Positions 1-9,769 of a stretch of 64,000 nucleotides of DNA are shown here, piece by piece. The DNA lies in the NCBI GenBank assembly GCA_019894975.1, contig JAGXNO010000002.1, positions 32,001 through 96,000 on the forward strand. Direction: 5' to 3'. How positions within the stretch are numbered: position 1 is the stretch's first letter; every line of letters begins with the position of its first letter. Under the pieces are notes generated by a model. It did no database searches, was not told where the DNA came from, and worked only from the letters and a program-made list of their open reading frames with translations. Origin of the DNA: Promethearchaeota archaeon. Its GTDB lineage: Archaea; Asgardarchaeota; Lokiarchaeia; Sigyniarchaeales; SOKP01. The position numbers and the translations under genes were made by a program.

Positions 1-322
1 ATCCCTTTAGGAACAATACTATCAAATTTTTTCATTACTGAACTTTTAATCATATTAGGAGCTATAATGTTGAATATTTCAATTATTCCATTGATCTTTA
101 TTAAAATTTGAACGTATTTAAATCAAAACATAAATACATAAAAAGAAAATTCTACTAATTATCTATAGAAGTGTTTCTCCTGTGTGTGCCATAAAAACAA
201 CCCAAAAATTTCAGATTAATCAAATTAAGGGGAAAATAATAATCTGATATTAGATATATAAAGTACCAAAAATCTTTTAATCAGCAAAAATTTGATTTTC
301 ATTTCGAGAAATATATGGGGTT

Positions 323-359
323 AAAAAATATAGAGTAGGAATCCATGATGGATTCTACT
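323..359 (-). terminator. Hairpin plus U-tract terminator candidate downstream of the small ORF 366-395
   Basis: Inverted repeat at 334-359 (about 11 bp with one bulge), followed on the minus strand by a T6 run (323-328). Confidence 0.5.
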
Positions 360-365
360 GACCAT

Positions 366-395
366 TTAAGGAAGAGTTTCACCTGCATGTGGCAT
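366..395 (-). CDS. Putative 9-aa small peptide MPHAGETLP
   Basis: ATG CCA CAT GCA GGT GAA ACT CTT CCT TAA; AGGAGGT Shine-Dalgarno 8 nt upstream; TTTATATA box at 454-461. Confidence 0.4.
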   Translation of the reverse strand: MPHAGETLP

Positions 396-692
396 TACGA
401 CAAACCTCCTTCCCATTAATTAATGGGATGGTAGTCTAATATCTAAAGTAAAGTATATAAACTACGAGTAAAAATTGAGAGGTTTTTTAATTTAAAGTAA
501 ATTAACATATAAATTCAAGACGAGTTCTTCTTCTAGTTAAGGAAATATTTCATTTCCCTGTTTGATGGATTCAGATTATTAAAATTAAAACTATTTCCCT
601 TAAGTTCGATATAGTAAAATTATAAATATTTGATATGACTATTCAAAAAATAGAGATTTCTTAAAACAAAAGGTCATATTGATTTAGTATTT

Positions 693-3600
693 ATGTCTAA
701 TTTTGTAGATATTAAAATTATTGAGCAGTTATTAAAAGTAAGTGATATTAACCAGATCCAATATCTTTTTGAAATTTTAATGAACAATGTTGTTGAATAT
801 TTAGGATTACAACCAATTTATAAAAATGTTAAAATTAAAATACTTTTAGTAGAAAAACTTGAATCTAGTAAGAAATCCCATGTCTTAGATTTAGGTGTTA
901 ACCGAATATATAGAAATAATTCTCAAATTCTAGAAATTTACGAAAAAGATAGAAAATTTTTACCATTCATTTTACTTCGGGAAGCTTTTTATAACTTTCT
1001 GCCAAGTGAAATAAAAGATAATAATATGATAAAGGTATATATCAACCAAATTGTTGAAAATAACCTTGAAAATGTGGTTGGGTTTAAAAACTGGCATAAT
1101 TCTCATAGAGATGCATTAGTTGATCAATACTTTTTAACTGCGCAGTTGGATAAATTGAAGAAATTTTTTAAAATAGAAACTTCTAAAGAGCATGAAACTC
1201 CGACTCAGTTCTTTTTTAATGAAGTACGGGTAAATGCATCAATAATCGGAAATAGAGAAATTAATAATTATTATGATGAATTATTTGAAAAATACATGTA
1301 TAAAACCTCAAAATCACTCTATAATGAAGATATTATTAAAACCCTCCTAATTCTTCTTAAAACCTTCACCAAAAATAAGAAATATGTGAGTATAACAGAT
1401 TATCTAGAATTATATAGAAATATGTTAGAAAATGAGGAAATTGAATCTACTTTAAGTTTAAGGAAGTTCTATGAAAATTTACAATGGATTAACAAATTTA
1501 CTTCAATTGCACCAAGTTACAATGTAGTTCATAATCTAATTGGATTATCTCCTATTTTTTGTGAATTGATTTTCAATCCTGTTTTAGAAAAACAACGAAT
1601 TATGAAACTCATAAGAAATCTACCATTCATGGCATCACCCAGAATCATAGAGAATAATTTTGGGTGTAGATTTGTGATTACATTTATCATTCCAACAACT
1701 TATCAAAATGATCTTGTAGATTATTTTAATAGATTACAAACTCTTGGTTATTTATATAGTAAACGAGTTATTTTATATAAAACAGTTTGGAACTTTCTAA
1801 ACTTAAATTATTATTTGGAAAGTCCTAACACTTCAAAAATTATTGATCCTTTATTAAAAAACTATAATAAGGATTTTGAGTGTGAACACAAAATAGAATT
1901 CACTAATGAGCGTAATTCGTATCCTCTCTCATTATTCAATTATATTATACTAGGACGAATAAGAGATTTCTCAGTTACTGGACTAACATTTGATAAACGA
2001 GTTGAAACTTTAAACGCTTTAAAAGAGGATATGGAAAATGAGTACAGAAAACAATTAAATTCTATTGAAAATTTTAGAGAAATCTTCAATAAGTTAATGC
2101 TTTCCCCAAAAACTAAGGAGGATTTCTTAAGTTTTCTTAACCAAAACCAAAAGCGGGGAATATTGGCTTTGCATGAAAACCTTCTCTCTATCCTGGAATT
2201 TTCTGCTTCAATTGAAAAATTAATTGCTAAAAATCCAACATTAATAAATTTGCATCAACTTAAATTATTTTTGGAGGAAAACAGTCTATCTCAAATTTTA
2301 GAAAAAAATTTGATTCTGAGAGACCATGATCTTAAGAAAGTTGTTTTCAATGATATTCTACCTAAGTATTTTAGATCAATCAACTTATACAGGCAAGAAC
2401 TATCAAATATTAGATTATTTTATGATTTAATTAGCTCATTTTTCAGTCTTAAAGTATTTAGTATAAAGGCAATAAATAATATTGTTCGAAATCCTCAAAT
2501 CATTGATGAAATTATTAAGAAAAAAGAAGAAAGAATTAGAAAAGCATTTAAACTTGTTAAATCAGGTAAAATTACTAATCAGAGAATCGAATCCGCCCTT
2601 GACGAACTCTTAACTCACGATCCACCCATAATTATTCCATTTTTGATAAATACAATTATGGTGAGCCAAATTGCTAAATTTTACCCTGAAATATGTCTAA
2701 AAAATTCAATTCGAATTCAAAAAACACTCAGGAAATTTAAAGCGTATTTCCCGAGGATACTAACTTCAAAAACAATAGATCTTGATACTAGAGAAAATTC
2801 AATACATTTACTCTGTTATTCTGTAAATTTTAAAGAAAAAGGGGATTTTATATCAAGTTTATATAATTTATTTGGAAAGGACATAATGACTGTACGTAGA
2901 AATTTTTGGAGAGGTTTGTATAGAATTTCAAAAATTAGAGCAAATGACTTTTATGATTTTGAAAACAAGCAATTTTTTTATACAAAAGATTTCTTTGAAC
3001 AATTTCTAGTTTATACAAGAAGTATTTTAGGTACCAATAAACTTATAAGCTTTAATAAGAAAGAAAATTCTTCCAGAGTATTTCAATTCTGGTCCCCAAG
3101 CGTTACTATGGAGAGTTTAGTTAATACTATAAAAAAAAGACTTTCTCATCAAAAGTTAAAATACAATTTTGACCTTATAAATAATCTCATAATGTTTCGA
3201 AATAATTTAGAATCTATTTTAATAAATCAAAAAACTTTTATGAACGTGAAATCCGCTGAATTTTACTCAACATATATAAAATCTATTAAATTCATACCTG
3301 CTTTTAGAGCCTTCGGTTTGGCAAAATATTATTTATATTTTTTTCCTCATGATTGGGACGAAATAGATATAAAACTTTTACTTATAAACTCCTTTCAAAG
3401 CATAAAATATCCGGCGCAAATTGATCCAAATCAACCCATATTCATTAAATCTCTCTTTCCTTATAGAACTCCAAATAAATCTTATATTAATTGGCTGATA
3501 CAATCAAAGAAAGCGATTCGAGAGTGCTGTCATTTCTTCATTAAGAAAGTTTATGATATAACTCATTTTGATCATAGTTTAAGCTCAAGAGGTTGGCATT

Positions 3601-4325
3601 ACTCATCTAATCGATTCAAAATTCACACACAAAATGTTTTATTTGACCCGAATTATACTCATCAAATGCAAAACATAAGGGAATTTGATATTGATGATTT
3701 TTCTAATTCAGAAGTGCATGGATTACAAACACCGGAGTTTGAAGCATTAACTCAGATATATAATAGACATTCAATAGATATTAAATCTTTCTTAGGAACG
3801 AATAAGTTTCCAACTATCAAAAATATTACTTCACTATTAAAAAAAAAGCTAATATTTCCCTACCTCAATTTAAAAAACTTGGATGTTCAAGATAAAATTA
3901 CTTTAATTCTTCCTAGTGTCAAAATTGATTTAAATAAAAAATTAGTTTCCATATTCAGTTTTTTTAATACGTGTCGAATATATGAAATTGAAGGAGATCT
4001 CTATATCCATGGTTTTCAAGAATTAAAATCATTTGAAACAGGATATATGATTGAGATTTGGTTTCCTAAATGTGAATTGGATGAATTTTTTGACGTCTTT
4101 GATTTATTATTTGAATTTCTAGAAATAAAGCACTACCTAATTTTAACAGATTTAGTCAACGGTGAAACTTTACTTAAAAACATATTTGGTGATTTAAAAT
4201 TCTTAAAGGATTATAATCCATTATTCAACCTTAAATGGAATAAAAAGGATAAAATTTGGATGAATCATAAGCTATTTACTAAGGATTTTGAGCCTATATA
4301 TCCAAATCTAATACCTAAAGATTGA
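693..4325 (+). CDS. Large hypothetical protein, possibly a multi-module Lrp/AsnC-like regulator with a degenerate N-terminal metallopeptidase-like segment
   Basis: 1210-aa ORF; FILLREA motif near the N-terminus; loosely repeated helix plus P-x(5-6)-GL/beta-strand modules; function not assignable by eye. Confidence 0.6.
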   Translation: MSNFVDIKIIEQLLKVSDINQIQYLFEILMNNVVEYLGLQPIYKNVKIKILLVEKLESSKKSHVLDLGVNRIYRNNSQILEIYEKDRKFLPFILLREAFYNFLPSEIKDNNMIKVYINQIVENNLENVVGFKNWHNSHRDALVDQYFLTAQLDKLKKFFKIETSKEHETPTQFFFNEVRVNASIIGNREINNYYDELFEKYMYKTSKSLYNEDIIKTLLILLKTFTKNKKYVSITDYLELYRNMLENEEIESTLSLRKFYENLQWINKFTSIAPSYNVVHNLIGLSPIFCELIFNPVLEKQRIMKLIRNLPFMASPRIIENNFGCRFVITFIIPTTYQNDLVDYFNRLQTLGYLYSKRVILYKTVWNFLNLNYYLESPNTSKIIDPLLKNYNKDFECEHKIEFTNERNSYPLSLFNYIILGRIRDFSVTGLTFDKRVETLNALKEDMENEYRKQLNSIENFREIFNKLMLSPKTKEDFLSFLNQNQKRGILALHENLLSILEFSASIEKLIAKNPTLINLHQLKLFLEENSLSQILEKNLILRDHDLKKVVFNDILPKYFRSINLYRQELSNIRLFYDLISSFFSLKVFSIKAINNIVRNPQIIDEIIKKKEERIRKAFKLVKSGKITNQRIESALDELLTHDPPIIIPFLINTIMVSQIAKFYPEICLKNSIRIQKTLRKFKAYFPRILTSKTIDLDTRENSIHLLCYSVNFKEKGDFISSLYNLFGKDIMTVRRNFWRGLYRISKIRANDFYDFENKQFFYTKDFFEQFLVYTRSILGTNKLISFNKKENSSRVFQFWSPSVTMESLVNTIKKRLSHQKLKYNFDLINNLIMFRNNLESILINQKTFMNVKSAEFYSTYIKSIKFIPAFRAFGLAKYYLYFFPHDWDEIDIKLLLINSFQSIKYPAQIDPNQPIFIKSLFPYRTPNKSYINWLIQSKKAIRECCHFFIKKVYDITHFDHSLSSRGWHYSSNRFKIHTQNVLFDPNYTHQMQNIREFDIDDFSNSEVHGLQTPEFEALTQIYNRHSIDIKSFLGTNKFPTIKNITSLLKKKLIFPYLNLKNLDVQDKITLILPSVKIDLNKKLVSIFSFFNTCRIYEIEGDLYIHGFQELKSFETGYMIEIWFPKCELDEFFDVFDLLFEFLEIKHYLILTDLVNGETLLKNIFGDLKFLKDYNPLFNLKWNKKDKIWMNHKLFTKDFEPIYPNLIPKD

Positions 4326-4338
4326 AAATATAACCAAT

Positions 4339-5499
4339 TTAAGAATTTGAGTATTTAATGTATAAGTCTAACACAATCAAATCCGCTTTAGGAGAGTAAG
4401 ATTTTACAATTTTCGAGTCAATTACTTCACCAATAATCCAATTTAACTCAATTAGCTTCCTATTCAAATCTTCTATTATTTTGTCTATTGGATCAGGCTT
4501 TTCTAAAAAATTATAGAAATGCAGCATTCCCCCTGATTTTTTCATTAAGAAACACGCTATATCAAGAAAATCAAAAGAATTTTCAGGCAAATTCATTATT
4601 ATACGGTCTACATTGTTAGCTAATTTTCTTCCTACTTGATTTGATGGAGAAATAAGCTCTTTAATATTAAAATTATATGGAAAAATCGTTCCTTTGAGTT
4701 TATTCAAAGAAATATTTCTTTTAAGAAAACCATAAGCAGCGGGATTTAAATCGAATGCATGAATTTCTACAGGATTTAATTTAGCTATTTGTATAGAAAA
4801 AGGACCTACTCCTGCAAACATATCTACAATTATTTCATTTTTACTTATATCACTTTCTGAAATTCTACGCCGTTCATAAACCAATCTTGGTGAAAAAAAG
4901 GTTTTTCTTATATCAAGTTGGAATATACAATTATTTTCTTTATGTTGTGTTTCAAGATTATTTTCACCACTCAAATAGACTAAATCTCTCAACCGGTAAG
5001 ATCCTTTGATTTCACTTTTTTTCTCAAACACAGATTGAACATTTTTATTTACTTCGATCACAGCTTCAGCCACAAGATTTTTAACTTCATTAAATTTATT
5101 ATTAGTGATTTGATCTGGTTTCTCAAACTCGAGAATTGCAATATTTCCAATAATATCATAAGATTTTGGAATTAGGCTTAAAAAATTAGGAGGAACCTTC
5201 CCTTTTAGTGCGTCTTCAAGAGTTTTATATTTGAAGTTTGGATTATAGATCCCTTCCTTGGAAACCAATTTAAATTGAATATGATTTTCTATCGCATTAA
5301 CTAATTTATCAATTACTTCTTTATTATCTACTAGAGGGAACAATATATCGTTATTCTTATGCTCAATTTTATACTTTTGGTCAATGATTGAGTCATCCTT
5401 AAATTGATCTTTTATAATTTGGATAAAATACTGAGCGTTTGTTTTTTTCAGCTTTAAAAAACTGATTTCTTCTTTTTTATTTAGGTTCTTGCTATTCAT
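4339..5499 (-). CDS. trm5: tRNA (guanine37-N1)-methyltransferase, Trm5/Met-10 family
   Basis: YDIIGNIA, FFSPRL..ER, DMFAGVGPF SAM motif, DLNP, DRIIMNLP. Confidence 0.9.
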   Translation of the reverse strand: MNSKNLNKKEEISFLKLKKTNAQYFIQIIKDQFKDDSIIDQKYKIEHKNNDILFPLVDNKEVIDKLVNAIENHIQFKLVSKEGIYNPNFKYKTLEDALKGKVPPNFLSLIPKSYDIIGNIAILEFEKPDQITNNKFNEVKNLVAEAVIEVNKNVQSVFEKKSEIKGSYRLRDLVYLSGENNLETQHKENNCIFQLDIRKTFFSPRLVYERRRISESDISKNEIIVDMFAGVGPFSIQIAKLNPVEIHAFDLNPAAYGFLKRNISLNKLKGTIFPYNFNIKELISPSNQVGRKLANNVDRIIMNLPENSFDFLDIACFLMKKSGGMLHFYNFLEKPDPIDKIIEDLNRKLIELNWIIGEVIDSKIVKSYSPKADLIVLDLYIKYSNS

Positions 5500-5920
5500 C
5501 TATTTCAATGATTATTGATAATTTTGTATTAGGGTTTCTTAAAGCTTTAGTTAAATCCCTGTTTATTTCAACTGATGATTTTGAACAGTTTATTAAAATT
5601 GTTCTTTCACAAACAAAATTACTTTTCCGAAAAACAATATCTTTTTTATCTGATAATGCTAAATTCCTATTTCCATAACCAAAAAAATAATCCTGTATCT
5701 CGTCCGCTTCTAAAATAACTTTAAATTTAGCTCCGTTTTTTATTTCAATCTTTAAATCTTCTATTAAATCACTACAAGCTTTTGAAGCCTTTACTCCTAT
5801 AATACAGTCTCCCTTTTTGGTCAGGTTTATATCTTTAGTAATCTCAATCGTGGTCTTATGTTTAGATAATATATTCTCATGACCCCATGCGTGAATTCTT
5901 TCTATAATTGTCAAAATCAC
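5492..5920 (-). CDS. DUF371 family protein
   Basis: GHENI..KH.TT.EITKD..LT.KGDCIIGV and DIVFRKS.F motifs. Confidence 0.85.
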   Translation of the reverse strand: MILTIIERIHAWGHENILSKHKTTIEITKDINLTKKGDCIIGVKASKACSDLIEDLKIEIKNGAKFKVILEADEIQDYFFGYGNRNLALSDKKDIVFRKSNFVCERTILINCSKSSVEINRDLTKALRNPNTKLSIIIEIDE

Positions 5921-7578
5921 TCCACCTTGAAAGAGTCTAAAAGTTCGGATAAATTATGAAAAACTGGAATGGTTATGGATAATTCTGAGCTTAAATCATC
6001 AAATAATTTATTTAAAATATCCTTTTTCAAGTAAATAGTTTCTTCATTGAATTGATTAATGTATCTTTCTGGTACTAAAACACCATATTTAATATAATTT
6101 TGATTATACAAATCAAAAAAAATCTTAACCTTTTGTTCAAGATTTCTATAAAGCTTACTATTAGCTTCCAAAATCTCTATAGATTCATATTGGCCCATTG
6201 GAAAAGAAGAAGCTAATTCAAATGGAATAATCCCATAGAAACCAGAGATCAACGCGATATGAAGTAATTCCCGGGGAATAATGGTATTACTATTAAGTTC
6301 ATCTAACCAATTCTTCGTACTTGGTGATTTATATCCTTTAACATCCAATTCAGGTATCAAAATTAAGAATTTGGCTTCTTGTGGAACTCTATAGTTATTT
6401 TTTAATTTAGTAGCAAATCGGTGAAGCATTGGTCTATCTACACTTTCTAGAGAAGCATATAGTCTACCATGTGGTTTATAAATTTTTTCATATTTCTCAA
6501 GAAAAGGTAAATCCGACTTAACTGCGTTTAAAGCATCTACCAAAGTAGGGTGGTTTCTTACTCTTTGTTCTACTAGCTCCCATAAATTCCCCTCTTTGAT
6601 TGCTTGGCGCACAGTTCTTAATTCTGAAAATGAAATATGCAAGTTATGTTTTGCCAATAATTCAGTTCGGAGTTCTTCCTCAAAACTTATTACTTCCTTT
6701 GGCTTATATTCACAACAAATCGGGCAATGACAAGGAAATTCTTCTAGTTCCTCTAATTTACTTGTTCCAGTTGACAATGTGAAGTATCTATTTTCTTTAG
6801 CAAATAGAACATAGGCTGCAGAATCCATTAAATCACATCCACAAGCTACAGCTAAGGAAAAAAATTGAGGTAATCCTAATCCAAACATGTGAACTGGCTT
6901 ATTCCAAACAAGATTTTTTTTAACATTTAATAGAATTTTAATTACTAAATCAAATCTATAACTTAATAAAGATTTGACCAAGCCACCTACTGCGTAAATA
7001 TCAAAATCTAATTTACTCATTTCATTTGTGCTAATTTTCAATAAATCCAAATACTTAGCACCATGAATAGGACCAAACCAATGACAAACTTGATTAATTC
7101 TGCGAATTATGTTTTCCTTAGCTCGTTGTATTGATAAGTAGACTTTCTCTTTAGCTGTTTCATAATCATCATCAGGTTGAATAGGTACATCCAATATCAC
7201 AGGAAAATCTGAACCAATATCTTCCTGGAAACTTTCAATAATTTCTGCATTAATTTCAATATCAGTTTTATTGTACATATATTTTTGAAAGGCTCCGCTA
7301 TCTGTGGCAATTATTCCATCAAAATTTAAATAGTTATGAATTCCTGATTTTAAAACCGATTCTCGCTCTTGAAGATTCTGATAGAGAATATAAGCATTCG
7401 TAAAAACACATTGGGCACCAATTTTCTTCAGATCTGAAGTATTAATAATATTTTTGTATGGATGAACAACTGGAAACAAATTAGGAGTAACCATCTCTTT
7501 TTTATTTACAGTTAATTTACCTATACGTCCTAAGGCATCTATATCAGTTATCTCCCAATTCATATTTTCTGCACTCAT
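5917..7578 (-). CDS. tgtA: Archaeosine tRNA-guanine(15) transglycosylase
   Basis: GRIGKL..TP.LFPV, TDSGAFQ, HMFG, GCDLMDSAAY, zinc site CHCPIC...HN, LWELVE.R. Confidence 0.92.
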   Translation of the reverse strand: MSAENMNWEITDIDALGRIGKLTVNKKEMVTPNLFPVVHPYKNIINTSDLKKIGAQCVFTNAYILYQNLQERESVLKSGIHNYLNFDGIIATDSGAFQKYMYNKTDIEINAEIIESFQEDIGSDFPVILDVPIQPDDDYETAKEKVYLSIQRAKENIIRRINQVCHWFGPIHGAKYLDLLKISTNEMSKLDFDIYAVGGLVKSLLSYRFDLVIKILLNVKKNLVWNKPVHMFGLGLPQFFSLAVACGCDLMDSAAYVLFAKENRYFTLSTGTSKLEELEEFPCHCPICCEYKPKEVISFEEELRTELLAKHNLHISFSELRTVRQAIKEGNLWELVEQRVRNHPTLVDALNAVKSDLPFLEKYEKIYKPHGRLYASLESVDRPMLHRFATKLKNNYRVPQEAKFLILIPELDVKGYKSPSTKNWLDELNSNTIIPRELLHIALISGFYGIIPFELASSFPMGQYESIEILEANSKLYRNLEQKVKIFFDLYNQNYIKYGVLVPERYINQFNEETIYLKKDILNKLFDDLSSELSITIPVFHNLSELLDSFKVE

Positions 7579-7591
7579 TACGTTTTTTTGA

Positions 7592-8185
7592 CTAATCGAA
7601 AAATTCCTTTAACCTATCTTCCTGATCTAATTTTTCTAACCAATCTATTTTACCTATATGATAATTATTTACTTCTTCTTTCTCAGTTATTATATCCTTA
7701 ATTATTTTAACTACGGAAATTATTGATAAATTCGTAGTATCAATCTCGAAAAGAGGTTTCTTTATTTTTTTTTTAAGAAAATAATTAACGCAGTTTCCCA
7801 GTATTTCTGCTTGAATATTTTCAGTTATTTTTTTTGAGTTATAATCTTTTTCTTTTAATCGATTACTTAATTCATCTGGATGGCATCTTAAAACAAATAC
7901 ATAATTAATAAATTTATTCGGAATAATATCGGAAAAATGACTTTCTATTATCAAGAATGAAGGATTAATTTTTTTTATCTTTTTGATTTTTCCCAGGACA
8001 TATGGTAGAAATACTTTAAAATCAACAATAGTAGTTTTTCTTTCTTCATCATAATCAAAAGAAAAATCATCAGAAGTTGCCAACTCATTTAAGGAAATTA
8101 TCATACCACCAATTAAATTGGACAACTCTTTAGCTACAGAGGTTTTACCACAACCCGGAGTACCGGAGATTATAATATTTAACAT
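7592..8185 (-). CDS. Atypical adenylate kinase, AK6/Fap7 family
   Basis: ISGTPGCGKT P-loop, IIESH, LRC.P..L..RL, KI.EN..AE. Confidence 0.88.
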   Translation of the reverse strand: MLNIIISGTPGCGKTSVAKELSNLIGGMIISLNELATSDDFSFDYDEERKTTIVDFKVFLPYVLGKIKKIKKINPSFLIIESHFSDIIPNKFINYVFVLRCHPDELSNRLKEKDYNSKKITENIQAEILGNCVNYFLKKKIKKPLFEIDTTNLSIISVVKIIKDIITEKEEVNNYHIGKIDWLEKLDQEDRLKEFFD

Positions 8186-8261
8186 TTCTAAATTTATAAA
8201 ATAGATTTATAATTAAAAAAGTCAACGGAGTCTATTGAAATTAACTCATATGAAAAAAAGA

Positions 8262-8335
8262 TGGGAAAGGGGGGCTTCGAACCCCCGACCTCACGGTTAT
8301 CAGCCGTGCGCTATACCAGGCTAAGCCACTCTCCC
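8262..8335 (-). tRNA. tRNA-Ile(GAU), intronless, CCA not encoded
   Basis: Cloverleaf GGGAGAG...CTTTCCC-A; anticodon arm CACGG CTGATAA CCGTG; T-loop TTCGAAG. Confidence 0.95.
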
Positions 8336-8474
8336 TTTTTGGGGAATTTAATGGTATATTGATATTATAATTATAAAACAATAGCTAACTAATAAATTTA
8401 ATAATATGTATTTAAAAAATTTTTTGACCTAAATTATTATAGTCTAATGGTTTTATTTTTAGTTATAAAAAATA

Positions 8475-8915
8475 GTGGTATTAATGCCTAAAATTTTAAA
8501 TTATTCAATAGTAGGGTTAGAGGATTATACAATAGGGTTTAATGACTATTGTTCCCTATGTGAGATTCAGCAGTTTTGTAAGTGGGGGAAAGATGAACCT
8601 TTTTCTATCAACATCAGCTGCGGGGATTTAAATCGCGCTAAAGAAAAAGTTAAATTCGAACAGCTTCAAAAATTACAGAAAACTGAAGATGTTTCCGTTT
8701 CGTATGAAGAGTTAGTGAAGAAAGTTAAAATAAATCTGCAGGGGATAATTTCAGAAATTTGGAAAGGTAAAATAAAAGCGTTGAAAGAAGAAATCAGATG
8801 TTTGAACTCTCGAAAAATTGATCCTATGTTAGTTTCTCAACAAGGTCAAGATTGGTGGCAAGATTTCAACGTCACCATGAAAGTTATAAATACAGAATGT
8901 GAAAAAATCTCTTAA
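8475..8915 (+). CDS. Hypothetical protein with Cys cluster (CxxC-x5-C...C)
   Basis: 146-aa ORF; likely start is the ATG of MPKIL. Confidence 0.65.
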   Translation: MVLMPKILNYSIVGLEDYTIGFNDYCSLCEIQQFCKWGKDEPFSINISCGDLNRAKEKVKFEQLQKLQKTEDVSVSYEELVKKVKINLQGIISEIWKGKIKALKEEIRCLNSRKIDPMLVSQQGQDWWQDFNVTMKVINTECEKIS

Positions 8916-8935
8916 AAAAAGTAAAAGGTATGGAA

Positions 8936-9742
8936 TTACAATTTATTGATGCTGAGAGTCATCCCACCATCTATGATAATATTTTGTCCTGTTATATAAT
9001 CTGAAGCGGGTGAGGCTAAGAATAATGCTACATCTGCTACTTGTTTAGCTTCTCCTATTTGGTCTAATGGTATTTTTATATTTCTCAGCTTAATCCATTC
9101 TCTGATGAAATCGGGATCATTATTGTATATTGGAGTAAGGAATATTCCTGGACAAATTGCATTAACGGTTATGTTACTCTGCCCTAGCTCAAGAGCCCAA
9201 AGCTTTGTGAAGGCTATTAGTGCCGCCTTACTAACACTATACATTCCTATAAATGGATTTAAGCCGCTATCGGTCCCTGCGCATGAAGTAATGTTGATAA
9301 CTTTACCTGCAATTGGTTTGAATTTCTGTTTACTCATTTTTCTATAAAAAGCTTTGGTCACGTTCCATGCTCCTTTCACATTTACATCCATTACTTTATT
9401 ATAATCATTAATCTTAGTTTTTAGAGATGATGATCCCCCTCTTATTCCCGCATTATTTACTAAAAGAAATAAATTATCAAATTTCTGATAAACATCTTTT
9501 CTCATTATTTCAACTTGCTTTTCATCCGAGATATCTGCTTCTGCAAGAAGGATATCAACTTTATGTGATTTAAGAATTATTTCACGAGTTTCATTAATAC
9601 TTTCTATATTTATATCATTTAAAACTAAATTTGCACCTTTACTTGCAAAAGCTATGGCCATCTCTCTTCCAAATCCACTTCCTGCACCCGTGACCAGGGC
9701 CACTTTGCCATCCAAAAATTGTTCACCCATAATTTCTTTCAC
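8936..9742 (-). CDS. Short-chain dehydrogenase/reductase (FabG-like)
   Basis: TGAGSGFG, NNAG, YSVSK, VNAICPG, YITGQNIIIDGG. Confidence 0.92.
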   Translation of the reverse strand: MKEIMGEQFLDGKVALVTGAGSGFGREMAIAFASKGANLVLNDINIESINETREIILKSHKVDILLAEADISDEKQVEIMRKDVYQKFDNLFLLVNNAGIRGGSSSLKTKINDYNKVMDVNVKGAWNVTKAFYRKMSKQKFKPIAGKVINITSCAGTDSGLNPFIGMYSVSKAALIAFTKLWALELGQSNITVNAICPGIFLTPIYNNDPDFIREWIKLRNIKIPLDQIGEAKQVADVALFLASPASDYITGQNIIIDGGMTLSINKL

Positions 9743-9769
9743 ACTAAACTTTAATTATTGTAGAATTTA

